From Azolla caroliniana (lineage: Eukaryota > Plantae > Polypodiophyta), in the NCBI GenBank assembly GCA_043228905.1, contig JBHGNT010000014.1:6634001-6698000 (forward strand): 64,000 bases of DNA, in the 5' to 3' direction. A program made the translations under genes and the position numbers. Under the pieces are notes generated by a model. That model worked only from the letters and a program-made list of their open reading frames with translations. It did no database searches and was not told the origin of the DNA. Positions 1-14,183 of this stretch are shown piece by piece. Each line of letters begins with the position of its first letter. Within the stretch, counting starts at the first letter, position 1.

Positions 1-353
1 CAACTATCCTATCTACTTTACATCAGGTTTCTTCATTTCATGTTTTTCTTGTTTCCATTTTTGTTAGTTTTTCTATCCACCCAGTTGGGTGAGGAATTGT
101 AATCAAGGCTACTACCTTAGCATATACATCCCTCTAGTCAAAGCTAGAGAGGTTGTATTCGTTTGTACTAAGAAAAATAGTGAACTTGTTTTGAACCTGA
201 AGGGGTTCCGTGGTTTTTCCCTATTTTGGGTTTTCCACGTTAAAATTGTTGGTGTACTCTAATTTTCTGTCTTGTGGTTTCATCTATTGTTTAATTTTTC
301 TTTGATTGAGTTGGTAGTCCAAATCATCTCGATTCGGATCCATATTCTTAACA
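1..353 (+). mobile_element. Copia-family LTR, 3' portion (cut by window edge)
   Basis: Reverse complement of LTR copies at 48193-48434 and 54954-55304; ends ...TTCTTAACA at 353; no PBS follows. Confidence 0.85.
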
Positions 354-840
354 TGAACTGCTTTAGGTTTCTTTTCATCGTTACCATTAACCATTGCATT
401 GTCTAGCATAACTAGTTGACTAGTAGCAGCAGTATGTTGCTCTTTCATTTGTTGTTCAGAAGGAGAGCCATTGAACATCATCTTCACCGGCTTCATCTTC
501 TTCGTCACTATCATCCATTTGGTTATAGGCAGGTGAATTCTCTTCGACATCATGATCAAAAAATTTCTTAGATACATGACAACTATTCCCATCATAATTC
601 TTTTTGGGTTTTGCCTCTTTCTTTCTCGTTCTTTTAATCACTCCTTTTCAACTCTCATCATACATTTTTTATCTCTCATGTCAACATGGGATACAACTCC
701 ACATGTAGCACACTTGAGAGATATCATCTGGCTTTTCGAGATCAATATCTCCCTCTCCGGATTATTACATCCATAACATTGCACATTCTTTGTGATAAAT
801 ATTTCCACATCCATTAACGATAACAGTGCCAGTTTTCTCA
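354..840 (-). pseudogene. eIF5: Decayed eukaryotic translation initiation factor 5 fragment
   Basis: Peptides FITKNVQCYGCNNPEREILISKSQMISLKCATCGVVSHVDMRDK (eIF5 C4 zinc finger), DEEDEAGEDDVQW and EQQMKEQHTAATSQLVML are colinear with plant eIF5 but split over three frames with stops and deletions. Confidence 0.85.
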
Positions 841-1041
841 TCAAATCTGGATTGTCCACCAGCCATCTCGACGCACACGATTCACAAATAGGAAGCGAGA
901 GAGACACTCATGTTGGATTGTGAATGTTAGCACTCTGAAGCACTGGTATTGTTCTGGTATCATCAAGTAAGAAAGATGGCAAAGCACCCCTCTAGCAAGG
1001 TCGGGAAGGAAGGTTTGGTCCAAAGCAAGGATTAGGGTTTG

Positions 1042-2115
1042 TGTAACACTCCCTTAGTGTCAAAGAGCCAGATTGAGAGAGCTGAGATCTCTCATATTGG
1101 CCCCTCTTAGGAGGATGAGACCGACAAAACTGTGACTTGTCATTAGGATCCCTCTCAAAGTGGGATGGGGAGAATTGAGACCTCTTAAAATGATCTCTCT
1201 CAGGAGACTTCTTAAAGCTAAGACTTCTCAAAATGATTTCTCCCAGAAGATCGAGACTGGTGCAATTGAGAACTCTCACAAGGTTCTCTCTTGCAAGAGA
1301 GTGAATGGTAGAGATGAAATCTCATATTATCTCCCGAAGTGGACAGAGACCGACATAGCTGAGATCTCAATGATGAACTCTATGGGGATCTTGTGATCTC
1401 ATTTGATCACTAACTTTCATGTTAAGCTTATCTTTGTTCCCCTTAAAGAAGTGAGACACAGGCATTTGTGTTCTTTCAGGACGTCTAGATTCCATTTTCA
1501 AGTTCTTTTGTGAAAAGCTTGTCTGTGAGTTTAAGTACTTTCCTTGAGCCTGCTTGCCTAAACCTCTAATAAGAAATGGATCACCATATAGAGATTCTAC
1601 GCATAAAGCCACACTTTGTAACACAAAGAGAAACACACATGCAGCGAGGGAGAGAGAGAGAGATTAGTGATGGAGAGGGAGAGGGAGGGAGAGCGAATGG
1701 GACTTCTTCTTAAGGGAGGTCGGCCGTTTAGGCGTGCCAAAAGTGTTGATAGGTGGGGGATGAAGCCTAGAATGGCTTTACCCTCCTCCCGAGGCGGTTA
1801 TGATAAAGAGAGAGAAGGAGAGAGTGAAAATAAGAACGACACCAAAATGAGAGGGGAAATGACACAAATGTGAGGGGGAAAAAGTTATGTTCATTACATG
1901 ACCATAAGGGGTTTATATAATACATCCAATGTAACGATTACATGACCATTATAAATAAGACCGTTACGCATTATTGTACACATGCACATAACTGTGCATG
2001 TATCCATACACATAGTCATCCTCACACACTCATTCATATTACACATTACACACCTTAGACTTTACACACCATACACATTACACCTTAGCCCTCCCATACA
2101 CCTATACGGGTAACA
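1042..2115 (-). mobile_element. Probable solo LTR
   Basis: Minus strand reads TGTTACCCG...GGGAGTGTTACA with a TATA-like tract near 1915 followed by a CT-rich tract; 1970-2115 recurs inverted at 56830-56973; no matching TSD, so the left boundary is uncertain. Confidence 0.5.
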
Positions 2116-4490
2116 CCGGATCGGGAGGCCATCTGGGAACTGCGACAGGCACAGGAATCACTAGGACGGGAAATGGCGGTATCTCAACGAGTGAAGGCAT
2201 CTCAGTTAGAAGAGGTGAACCTCAGTACCGATGGAGTGCCTAAACTGCTGAATGTGACAAAAGAATTGCCACGGGAAGAGAAAAGGGCAATGATTGAACT
2301 GCTCAAAGAATTCCAAGATGTGTTTGCCTCGTCATACGAGGATATGTGAGGATTGGATCCCCAATTGTACCAACACCAGATCAACCTCAACAAGGATGCG
2401 ACGCCGGTGGCGTAGGGACGTTACCGGATGAACCCAAACTATGCAGCAAGAGTTAAAGATGAAATCAATAAGCTACTGAGACTCGGTTTCATCAAACCTG
2501 TAAAACAAGTAACCTAGCTAAGTCGGATAGTTGTTGTGCCGAAGACTACCGAAAGCTAAATGTCGCGACTATGATGGACACGTTTCCGTTGCCATTCACG
2601 GACGAGGTGTTGGATGTAGTAGCTGGTCATGAGGTTTATAGTTTGTTGGATGGATTTAGTTGCTATAATCAAAGTCGGATGCACCCGACCAATAAGGAGA
2701 AAACAATGTTCGGTACGGAATGGGGAGTGTCCGTCGCAGTGGTAATGATGTTCGGACTAAAGACAACACTAACGACATTCCAGAGGATTATCATGGAAAT
2801 ATTTGGGGAATATATTCCTGCGTTCATGCAGGTCTTTTTAGATGATTTTGTAGTTTATAGCTAGAAGGGAGAACATTTGGACCATCTCTAGATGTGTCTG
2901 GAGAAGTGTCGAGGATCCCGACTAAGCTTGAATCCGGAGAAATGTGTTTTCGGAGTAACCAGTGGAGTACTTCTCGGACACATCGTGAGTAGGGATGGAA
3001 TCGATGTTGACCCGGACAAGGCACCGACTAATGCCAAGGCATTGAGCTAGTTTTTAGGACAGATCCGGTGGCACAACCGGATACTTGTCGGACTTCGCCA
3101 CTGCATTACATGCAGTTGTGCATCGAGCACCCTCCCAATGGACGGAGCAAGAAGATAAGGCATACCAAGCGTTGAAGGTGATGTTGTCAAAGGCCCCGGT
3201 AGTACGACCTCCAGACTGGATGAAAGATTTTCATGTGTTCGTGGACGCGTCCAACATAGCAATAGGAAGTGTTCTCATGCAACTGACCAAACCTAAGTGG
3301 TACCGTCTAGTGTATTATGAGCCGGAAACTCTTGAAGGAGGAACGGAATTATTCGACAATGGAGAGAGAAGCCCTCAAAATGATATATAGCATCACAAAG
3401 TACCGACACTATCTGTTAGGACGCAAGTTCTCTTTCCATGTGGATCATTTGGTGCTAGTATATTTGGTATCCAAGGGTCACTAATTGGTAAATTGGCAGG
3501 TGGACATTACTGTTGCAATAATTCGTATTCCAAATATACCACCGACCGGGAGTACAACATGCGGTGGCGGACTACTTGAGCCGGCTGGAATCCGGAGAGG
3601 CAAGTGACAAAGTCCAGAATGAGTTCCCAGATGTTGAGCTATTCAAAGTCACCACAGAAAAGGTAGTGGATGAGACAGTGGCAGGCGAGGATAAATGGCT
3701 CACCGACATGCATCAGTTCCTAAGTATAGAAATGCCTCCGAAAGAGCTAAGCCGGGAGAACAGAAACGGTTGGCAGTCCAAAGTTGCCATTTTTGCTTAA
3801 TACAGGATACATTGTACCATAAAGGAGCAAATGGAATTTGGTGGCGTGCGGTAAGGCGTGAAAAAAAGGAAGAGATTTTACGAGAGGCCCATTCCGGCGT
3901 TGCCGGAGGTCACTATGTTGGAGACACCACTGCTTGGAAGATTTGGAGTGGGCTATGGTGGCCGACAACCTTGAAAGAATCGATCCGGTATTGCCAAAGG
4001 ATGGGTCAACCGATCAACCCGTATTATCACTAGAACCTTTTAAAAAATGGGGATTAGACTTTGCCAGACCATTTAAGCCACTACCAATGCGAACAGGAAA
4101 CTGGTACATCATCGTCGTGACTAACTATTGCACAAAATGGGTAGAAACGAAAGTGCTTAGGGATAACACCGCGGCATCAACAACGAAAGTTTTATATGAA
4201 TACATATGGTGTTGGTACGGATGTCCGATTGAGCCCATCAACGATCAAGGTGATCATTTTCTAGGGCAAGTAGTGGAAAGCCTGACAACGTTCTACGTGG
4301 TAGTACATAAACGCAGCACGCCTTATATCCATAGGCGAATAGACTGGCGGAGTCCACAAATAAAACACTCCAAAATATTCTCCGGAAGATCGTCAATGAG
4401 AATCGGACAGGATGGGACGCAAAACTACACAACGGATTATGGGCATACCGGATGGCTTACAAAACAAGTATCTGAACAATATCGTTCCGG
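2116..4490 (+). mobile_element. Degenerate Ty3/Gypsy pol (RT, RNase H, integrase), Athila-like non-chromovirus
   Basis: VFLDDF RT motif, FVDASNIAIG RNase H, HSGVAGGH and WGLDF integrase motifs; many stops and frameshifts; homologous to 39364-42360. Confidence 0.9.
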
Positions 4491-4624
4491 TTACTTAGCT
4501 AAGCTTGATGATAGGGTTTGGAGGTTTTGTAATGGTTCTAGAACTATTTGACGTAAAGCTAACTATCATGGATGTTAGGAAAGAGGATTATTTAGCACGC
4601 TTAATCAAGATTGACTAAAGGTTT

Positions 4625-7600
4625 TGTTAGGAATATGTCCCTCAAGTGTGAGGAGTCGATTGCTTGGAGAGAGCCGACAATCGAAGACAAGGTGCAGCCG
4701 ACTAATTGGATGAGAGCCGACGGTTGAGGAGTTGACTCAGAGAGAGTTGATCGAGGTCGAAGATACGACTGGCTAGTGGGGCCGACCGGATGGTCGATGA
4801 CTAGGCTGACTAATCGAACCGACCCGACAGTCAATGAATGAGTTGGCTGATTGGTAAGACTATTATTATTATTATTGGGTAATAATAATGGCCATGATTA
4901 TAAATATCCCAGTCTATGTATTAGTATAAATACACCTACGGCAAACAGAACACGTAGATATATATATGGATGAGCCTCTGTAGTGTAGTGCGACAGAGAA
5001 GAGTGTGTGTGGCAGCATGAGTGAGTGAGTGAGCGGCGCCATAGCACCGATGTAAGTGTCCACCAACATGTGGTGAATGACGCAAATGCCCATGAGATGT
5101 GGCAGAAGCACGCCCTCAATAAAACCTCATTGATGAGAAAGATCGTACGGCTGAAATATAGAGACGGTGAGAACATCAGCACATTCATGGGGTATGTAAA
5201 TCAACTTGTTGCAACCAAGTTTCCCCTTGATGATGCTATGTAGGACATCCTACTTATATGCACACTACTAGATAGTTGGGAGAACCTGGTGGCTACTCTC
5301 AACACCTCTTGTCAAGAACAGAACTTGTCTTTACAAGTAGTGAAGACAAGCATCCTGAATCAGGAAGCGAGAAGGAAGGATAAGGGTGTCCTAGTCTAGT
5401 CGGAGTCAAATTTGACTGAACACATCGGCAGAGGAAGGAACCGGCAAAGGAGTATGCCAAGGAGAGAAAAGTCTCAAGCCAGGTCGAAGTCCAGAGGAAA
5501 GCTCGTGTGCTTTTATTGTGGAAAGCCTAGATATTTCTAGAAAGAATGCGAACACCTTAAAAAGGAAAAGAGTGTCAGTAATAATGTCGAACCCAGGAAG
5601 ATTCTTGAAGAAAAGTACACTTCATCCATTGCTACGAGGAATGAAGAACTTTTGTTCATTTGTGAACAGACAATTGCAAATCTTGCTAGCGAAGAATGCA
5701 CTTGGGTGATCGACTCCGATGCATCCTTCCACATAACTCCGTCGAGAGAGTATTTCTCGACTTACATAGCCGGTGATCATGGTTACGTAAAGATGGGTGA
5801 CAATGAGTAGTGCAAGATAGTCGGAATCGGAAGTGTCTGCCTGACGACGTCGCCAGAATCTGAAGGATGTTTGACACGTCCCCCGATAGCAGATTGAATC
5901 TAATATCGCCTAGAAGACTAGACGACGAAGGCTACAATAGTAGTTTTCGGAATGGTAAGTGGAAGTTCTTGTGGTAAGTCGGTCCCTCCGGATGGGATCT
6001 GGTTATGAATGAAGAGGACCCGGTGAGAACCGGAAAAGAAGACATATTTGTAAATATGTTTTGAGTAAGCCTATTGAGGCTATATTTGTAAATAGCCCTA
6101 AGTTTATATGAGTAAAAATATGACCTAGGGCAATCACAAAAGGGAGTTGTTATCATATTGTTGTATGTGCATAATTGTTGTATAGAGAGAGAGAGAGACA
6201 GAGAGACAGAGTGATACTCTATTGTAACCACCGCTTGGCGAAGATATAGAGCTCGAGGTCATTGCCTTCGAGTCTCTGATTGTACCTTTCCTTCATAGTG
6301 ATAGTTGGAGTCTGTAGGCTCCCGTGGCTTTTCCCATTCAAGGTTTTCCACATAAACATCATGTGTACTCTCTATTGTTCATGTGTGTACATGTACTAAT
6401 CTCCAACCTCATTTCTGTGTTTGATTCTCAAGGAAGTGATCTAAGACTCGGTTGTGGCTGAGTAATATTACGGGTGGTATTCTCTTCAATGTAGTATCAG
6501 AGCTAACAACACAGGAAATGGAAGAATCGTTCGGTGGCATGTTCAAGCTCACCGGCTCCAACTACTCAGTGTGGAAGTCGAAGAGACCGGATAAGATAGA
6601 CACCACAGTGTGGGAGGTGATGCACATGAAGACGACGGCATACATCCAATGCTTCATCGACATAAGCTTGTACAACAATTTCAATGAAGAAAGTAAGGCT
6701 CATGAACTCTGGGAGAAGATCGGCGTCATGTTCGAGAACAAGAATGTTGTTAATCGGGTTTTGGTATTCCGAAAGCTAGTGAGGCTCTGGTACTAGGATG
6801 GCTCCAGTATGGCGGAGCACATGAATGGCTTCGAGGGACTGATAAACCATGCAACCTCAATGGAAGTACCTCTCGCTGATGAGGTACTCACATTACTCCA
6901 ACTCGGTTCCCTCCGGGATAGTTGGGAGACACCAGTTGTCACGTTGGGCAACGCTGGGCCGGAAGGAAAACAGTTGTCCCTAGCAAGACTCAAGTCAAGC
7001 TTGCTAGATGAAGGGTCGCGTCGAAAAGACAAAGAAGTGATCTCCGACCCTAAAGCCCTCCTTACCGAATCGGAAGCACAGAGAGGAAGATAACAGAACC
7101 GGAGTCCCCATAACCGGGAAAAGTCGGGGACATGGTGAAAGTCAAGGGGGAGGCCTACTTGCTTTTATTGTGGAAAGCCTAGGCACTTCCAGAAAAACTG
7201 TCGGTACTTCCGGAAAGAGAAAGGAACCAACAATGCCGATTAGAAGAATGGTTCAAACCGGAAAGGGTCAGATCGGAAGGGAACGTCGGCAATCGCGACA
7301 AGTGAAGAAGAGTTGATGCTCATTACCGAGGAGAATGAGTTAAACCTTGTTGGCGATGAGACAATGTGGGTTGTTGATTCCGGAGCATCGTTCCATCTTA
7401 CACCAGACCGGAGATGCTTCTCATCCTACACATCCAGATATCATGGTTGTGTCCAGATGGGGAATGAAGGTACATGCCGAATTGTTGGCATAGGAGATGT
7501 GTTGTTGACGACATCAACCGAATACAAGTTGTTGTTGAAGTATGTCAGACACGTTCCAGAGGTTCGACTGATCTTGATATCAACCGGTGGGCTAGATGAT

Positions 7601-10600
7601 GAAAGTTACATGGGTAGCATCCGGAATGGATTCATGAAATTCAGCAACGGAGGCTTGATTGTGGCTCGATCACGGAAGATCAACACGTTGTATCTGATGC
7701 ATGCCCGGATATGCCGAGAAGAAGTGAACATAGCATCTGACACTGCCGATGAGCCCTGGCACAAGAGACTGTGTCATATGAGCCAGAAGGGGATGAGAAG
7801 ACTTGCCGAAGACAACCTCATTCCAGAGGTGAAAGACGTGCATCTTGAGAAGTGCACCGATTGCTTAGCCGGCAAGCAAAACCAAACCTCCTTCTGGTCA
7901 AGACCACCGATGAGACAGAATGCACCATTTGAGCTGGTACATACCGATGTGTGTCAAGTGGACACGAAGTCACACGTCTGATCGCAGTACTTCATGATGT
8001 TCATAAATGACAACATCCGGAAGCTGTGGGTCTCACCACTGAAGACGAAGGATCAAGTGTTATCCGTCTTCAAGGAGCTCCACGTGAGAGTGGAAAGAGA
8101 AATCAGCTGGAAGGTGAAGGCGGTTTGAGCGGACAACGGAGGAGAATATCGGGGGCAGTTCGAGGAGTACTGCTGGTCGAAGGGAATCTGGCTCGAATTT
8201 ACTGTGTTGAAGATGCCGAAACTAAATAGGTTGGCCGAAAGGATGAACCAGAGCATAATGGAGAGAGTCCGGAGCATGCTTGCACATGCTAAGTTACACA
8301 AGACGTTTTGGGCTAAGGCGTTGATGACGGCGACTTACGTGGTAAACAGATCACCCTTAGTAACCTTGGATGGAGACACACCACAAAGAGTATGGACCTA
8401 TAAGGACATGTCTTGCCGGCATCTGAAGGTGTTCGGGTGTCTTGCATATGTGCATGTCGCAAAGGACAAGAGAGCAAAGCTGGATCCGAAGTCTAGACCA
8501 TGCATATTCCTTTGATACGACGATGATGAGTTCGGTTACCGGGTGTGGGATCTTGTCGACAAGAAGGTGTTCCGGAGTTGGGAAATAGTCCTCATGGAAG
8601 ACAGGGCCATTGCTGACTAGGATTCGGAGAAGAAGATTATGAACTCTAGATCATCCAATGAAAACCGGTTTGAGGACACAAGGACCTACCCGGTTGAAAA
8701 CCATATGTCAGCCGGCAACCGGATGACACTCGACGAACCGGCCAGATACGGACAAGAAACCGAATTGACTGAAGAACAAGAACAAGAACAAGAACAAGAA
8801 GACACTGGAACTGGACAAGATCCCGAATCGGACTCAGATGAGGAACAAACCGAGGAACCAGTAGTCAGAAACCAAGGACGGAGATATCCTCTTTGAGAGA
8901 GAAGAGCCCCCCGGATATTTCCGGATGCAGAGCACGTATTGCTGACCGATGAGGGGAGCCAGAAAGCTTCGAAGAAGCAAAGAAAGATACCCACAGCCAC
9001 AAGGGGTTGAGTGCCATAGAAGGATTTGTGAAGAAAGGGGAGCATTTGGTGTGCCAGTTGAAGAAGAGCTTATACGGACTGAAGCAAGCTCCCCGGCAAT
9101 GGTACCGGAAGTTGGACTCCTTCATGACCAACCAAGGGTACCACGAAACGCAGGTCGATCACTGCGTGTTTGTGAAGAAATTTGACGAAGGAGATTTCCT
9201 GATACTCCTCTTATATGTGGATGATATGTTGATCGTTGGACGAGACCAAGGCAAGATTTGGATGTTGAAGAAAGTTCTAAACCGAACCTTCTCAATGAAA
9301 GACTTGGGTTCAGCAAATAGATATTGGGAATGCACATCATCTAGGACTAGTCGAAGAAGTTGTTGTGGTTGTCACAGGAGAAGTACATGACAAAGGTGCT
9401 TCAATGGTTCAACATGTCGGAGGCGAAACCGGTCAGATTGACACTTCCGGCAAACTGTAAGCTATCCGGGAAACAAAGCCCGAGGACAAAGGCAGAGCGG
9501 ATGGATATGATCAAGATACCATATGCCTTTGCCTTCAGAAGATTGATGTACGCAACCGGATATCGGATATGCAGTTGGAGTGTTGAGCCGGTTCATGAGC
9601 AATCCCGGAAGAGAGCACTGGAACGCGATAAAGTGGGTGGTACTTTAGTATTTGAAAGGCACCTCAAGTATGTGCCTCTGATTTGGCTCCGGTAAACCCC
9701 TCTTAGAAGGCTTCATTGATTCGGATATGTCGGCTGATGCGGATACCAGCCGGTCTACATACGGATATGTCATAACTTATGCAAGGGGAGTTGTTTCGTG
9801 GCAGTCAAGGCTGTAGCAAACGGTTGCATTCTCAACCACGATGGCGGAGTACATGGCAGTTGTGGAAGCCAGCAAGGAGATAATCTGGATGAAGGACTTC
9901 ACCGAAGAGCTAGAATTCCAACAAGAGGAATACCGTCTCTACTATGACAATCAAAGTGTCATCCACCTTGCGAGGAATGCGGCCTACAATTCCCGGGCAA
10001 AACATATCCAGCGGAGGTACCACTGGATCCGGGAGAGAGTAGAAGATCAAGAGTTCGTGTTGACGAAGATCCACATGGAGGAGAACGGGTCAGAAATGTT
10101 GACCAAGGTGTTGACAACGGACAAGCTGGACGTGTGCCGAAAGCGGATCGGATTGATGAGACATCCCATGCCGGAGTGAAGGGGGAGATTGTTGGGAAGT
10201 CGGTCCCTCCCCCTTCACTCTGACATCCGGTTATGAATAAAGAGGAACCAGTGTGAACCGGAAGAGAAGACATATTTGTAAATATGTTTTGAGTAAGCCT
10301 ATTGAGGCTATATTTGTAAATAGCCCTAAGTTCATATGAGTATAAATATGACCTAGGGCAATCACAGAAGGGAGTTGTTGTCATATTGTTGTATGTGCGT
10401 AATTGTTGTATATATAGAGAGAGAGATATAGAGCGATACTCTGTTGTAACCGTTGCTTGGCGAAGATACAGAGCTCGAGGTCATTGCCTCCGAGTCTCTG
10501 ATTGTACCTTTCCTTCATAGTGATAGTTGGAGTCTGTGGGCTCCCGTCATTTTTCCCATTCAGGATTTTCCACGTAAACATCTTGTTTACTCTCTATTGT

Positions 10601-13600
10601 TCGTGTGTGTACGTGTACTAATCTCCAACCTCATTTCTGTGTTTGATTCTCAAGGAAGTGATCTAAGAATCGGTTGTGGCCGAGTGATATTACGCGCGGT
10701 ATTCTCTTCAGTTCTGTCAAGGAAATCTTATAGTAGCCCGAGCACTGAAGGAAGGCACATTGTATATGATGGAAGCCCGATTGTGCAAGTCATAAGTGAA
10801 TGTGGCAGCCGACTCAGCAGGACAGATATGACATAAGAGACTAGGCCACATGAGTGAAGAGAGTGCACCTGGAGAAGTGCGTTGACTGCTTAGTCAAAAA
10901 GCAGAACAGAGTAACATTCCACAGACGGCCACCAAGAAGAAGAGAAGTTGCACTAGAACTAGTACACACGGATGTGTGTTATATGGAGATGCTTTGTCGC
11001 ATTGAGGTGGATAGTACTTTGTGACTTTCATCGACAACTACAGTCGGAAGTTGTGGGCTTTCGTACTAAAGTCATTAGATCAAGTACTATTATTTTTCAA
11101 AGAGTTCTAGGCAAGAGCTGAAAATGAGTCAGGTCGGAAGTTGAAGGCTATCTAAACTGAGAATGGTGGTGAATATAAAGGGCAATTCGACGAATATTGC
11201 AAAGCCCAAGGTATTTGAATTGAATACACAATACCGAAGACCGCTAAGTTGAACGGGATTGCAGAGAGGATGAATCGAACAATCATGGAGAAAGTAAGGA
11301 GCATGCTCTCACATGCTAAACTACCAAAAATATACTGGGTTGAGGCGATGTACATGGTTGTTTATTTGATCAACAGGTCCTCAGTACCATTGAAAGGTGA
11401 GGTCCCACAAAGGGCGTGGACAGGAAAGGATGTCTCCTACCAACACTTGAGGGTGTTTGGATGCCTAGTGTACATGCATGTAGCTAAGGATTAGAGGTCA
11501 AAGGTTGATAGTAAGTCGAAACCATGCATATTCATGGCATACTCGGAAGATGAGTTTGGCTATAGGCTATGGGACCTCGTCGACAAGAAGGTATTGAGGA
11601 GTTGGGATGTAGTCTTCTTGGAAGACAAGACCATAGAGGAGTAGAAGAAACAAAAGTCGGAATCGACTCACCAATCAACATCCACTACTATATACTTCAG
11701 GCCAAGTGAACCGACACGACCAGCTATTCGGAGACAGCCAGTCAGTATATCCGAATCCGAGTCGGTTGACTCATAGAGACCAAGCAACTATGAGTTTGAG
11801 TCGGTAGAGTTGTTAAGATCGATCAAGGAATACGAGTTGGAGTTGTCCAATCTTGCATCGACAATGAGTGGAAGGAGATACCCACTCAGAGAAAGGAGAG
11901 CACCGACAACATTATCTAGTCAATACATGCTCTTGACTGATGAAGGTGAGCCAGAGTGTTATGATGAGGCCATTTCCGACAAGCACAGCGAGAAATGGAT
12001 GAGCGCAATGCAAGATGAGATGGATTCTTTGCATGAGAATTATACCTACAACCTAGTACAGCTGTCAAAAGGTAAGAGAGCACTCAAGAATAAATGGGTC
12101 TACAAGGTGAAGACTGGAGAAGTCAACAGTGCGCCTAGGTATAAAACCCGCATAGTATTGAAGGGGTTCCAATAGAAAAAGTGTGTCGACTTCGACGAAA
12201 TATTCACTCCAGTCGTGAAGATGACATCCATTAGAACTGTTCTGAGCATAGCTGCTAGTATGGATCTAGAGATTGAACAGTTGGATGTCAAGACAACATT
12301 CTTGCACAAGGAGCTGGATGAAGAGATTTACATGCAGCAACCCAAAGGTTTTGAGGAGAAAGGGAAAGAGAACCTGGTGTGTCGACTAAAGAAAAGCTTG
12401 TATGGGTTGAAACAAGCTCCACGCCAATGGTACAAGAAGTTCGAGTCCTTCATGGTGGAACATAGGTTCTAGAAAACACAGGCTGATCACTGTGTGTTCG
12501 TCAAAAGGTACGACAAAGGTGACTTCTTGATTCTCTTGTTATATGTGGATGATATATTGATAGTTGGTCAAGATACAAGGAAGATCAGAAGCTTGAAGAA
12601 AACTCTAGGCAAATCGTTTGCCATGAAAGATCTTGGACCAGCGAAACAGATCTTAGGGATGCCCATAGTTCGAGATAGAACTAAGAAAATGTTGTGGTTG
12701 TCATAAGAGAAATACATGACTAAGATCCTAGAAAGATTCAACATGTCGGAAGCAAAGCCAGTCGACTCGGTGTTACCGACTAACTACAAGCTAGATGCAA
12801 AGCAATGCCCGAGAGGGGAGAAAGAAAAGGCTGAGATGAGGAAAGTACCATATGCCTTAACCGTCGGTAGTCTAATGTATGCTATGGTCTGCACGAGACC
12901 AGACATAACTTTTGCTATAGGAATAGTAAGCCAATGCATGAGTAATCCAGGACGAGAACACTGGGCCACAGTGAAATGGATACTTAGGTACTTAAAAGGC
13001 ACCTCGGGTGTGTGTCTTAAGTATTGTGTCGGAAACCCATGCTCAAAGGGTTTACCGACTCGGACATGTCGGGGGATGTAGACTCAAGCCGATCCACGTC
13101 AGGGTACGTGATGACCTATGTAAGGGGAGCAATGTCGTGGCAGTCACGACTGCAGAAGTCTGTGGCCTTGTCGACCATAGAGGCAGAGTATATGGTAGCG
13201 ATAAAGGCCAACAAGGAGCTGATTTGGATGAGAAACTTTCTCAGCGAGTTGGGGATGAAGCAAAGGGATTTATTGCTTCATTATGACAGTCAGAATGCCA
13301 TACATCTAGCCAAGAATGTTGCATACCACTCCCGGACCAAGCACATACAAAGAAGGTATCACTGGTTACGAGAGAAAGTCGAAGAAGGAGAGTTTACGCT
13401 CGTGAAGATCCATACTGATGATAATGGATCCGACATGGTGACAAAGAACCTACCGATGGACTGACTTAGAGTCTGTCGACAAAGGACAGGAATAACAAAC
13501 TCCTCCCCATAGGAGTGAAGGGGGAGTTTGTTAGGAATATGTCCCTCCAGTGGGAGGAGCCAACTGCTCAGAGAGAGCCGACAATCGAAGACAGGGAGCA

Positions 13601-14183
13601 ACCGACTGATCGGATGAGAGCTGATGGTTGAGGAGTCGACTCAGAGCGAGTTGATCGAGGTTGAAGACACGATTGGCTAGTTGGGCTAACCGGATGGTCG
13701 ATGACCAGGCCGACTAGTCGGACTGACCCGATAGTCGACGAATGAGTCAACTGATTAATAAGACTATTATTATTATTATTGGATAATAATAATGGCCATG
13801 ATTGTAAATAGCCCATTCTGTGTATTAGTATAAATACACCTACGACAAACAGAACATGTAGATACATATATGGGTGAGCCTCTATAGCGTAGCGAGATAG
13901 AGAAGAGTGTGTGTGGGAGCGTGAGTGAGTGAGCGACGCCATAGTTGTGTTTTAGAAACAGCATACGCCAAGAGCCATGTGAGGCAGTTTACACTCTGTG
14001 TAGAGAGTATTGTACTATGATCTCGTTGTTGTATATCCACTCTATAGTGAAGCTCCGTTCTCCGTGGTTTTCTCCCGTTTTAGGGTTTTCCATGTTAAAT
14101 CTATGCACACTGTTTTTTGTGTTTCAGAGTTGTGTATTTCAGCATATTACTTTTCTTGTGGATTGACGATTCATTTCTCAACA
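4625..14183 (+). mobile_element. Ty1/Copia element A, degenerate, host of element B
   Basis: TG...CA ends; TSD GGTTT (4620-4624/14184-14188); 5' LTR 4625-~5045 lacks its 3' part and the PBS; PPT before 3' LTR 13529-14183; integrase, YVDD RT and RNase H fragments; coding sequence rejoins across the insertion (NGKWKF|CQGNLIVAR). Confidence 0.93.
5970..10710 (+). mobile_element. Ty1/Copia element B nested in A
   Basis: LTRs 5970-6488 and 10190-10710; TSD GTTCT (5965-5969/10711-10715); Met-i PBS variant TAGTATCAGAGC 6492-6503; PPT GGAGTGAAGGGGGAG; gag, WVVDSGAS protease, integrase, YVDD RT; RT N-terminus deleted near 9010. Confidence 0.95.
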
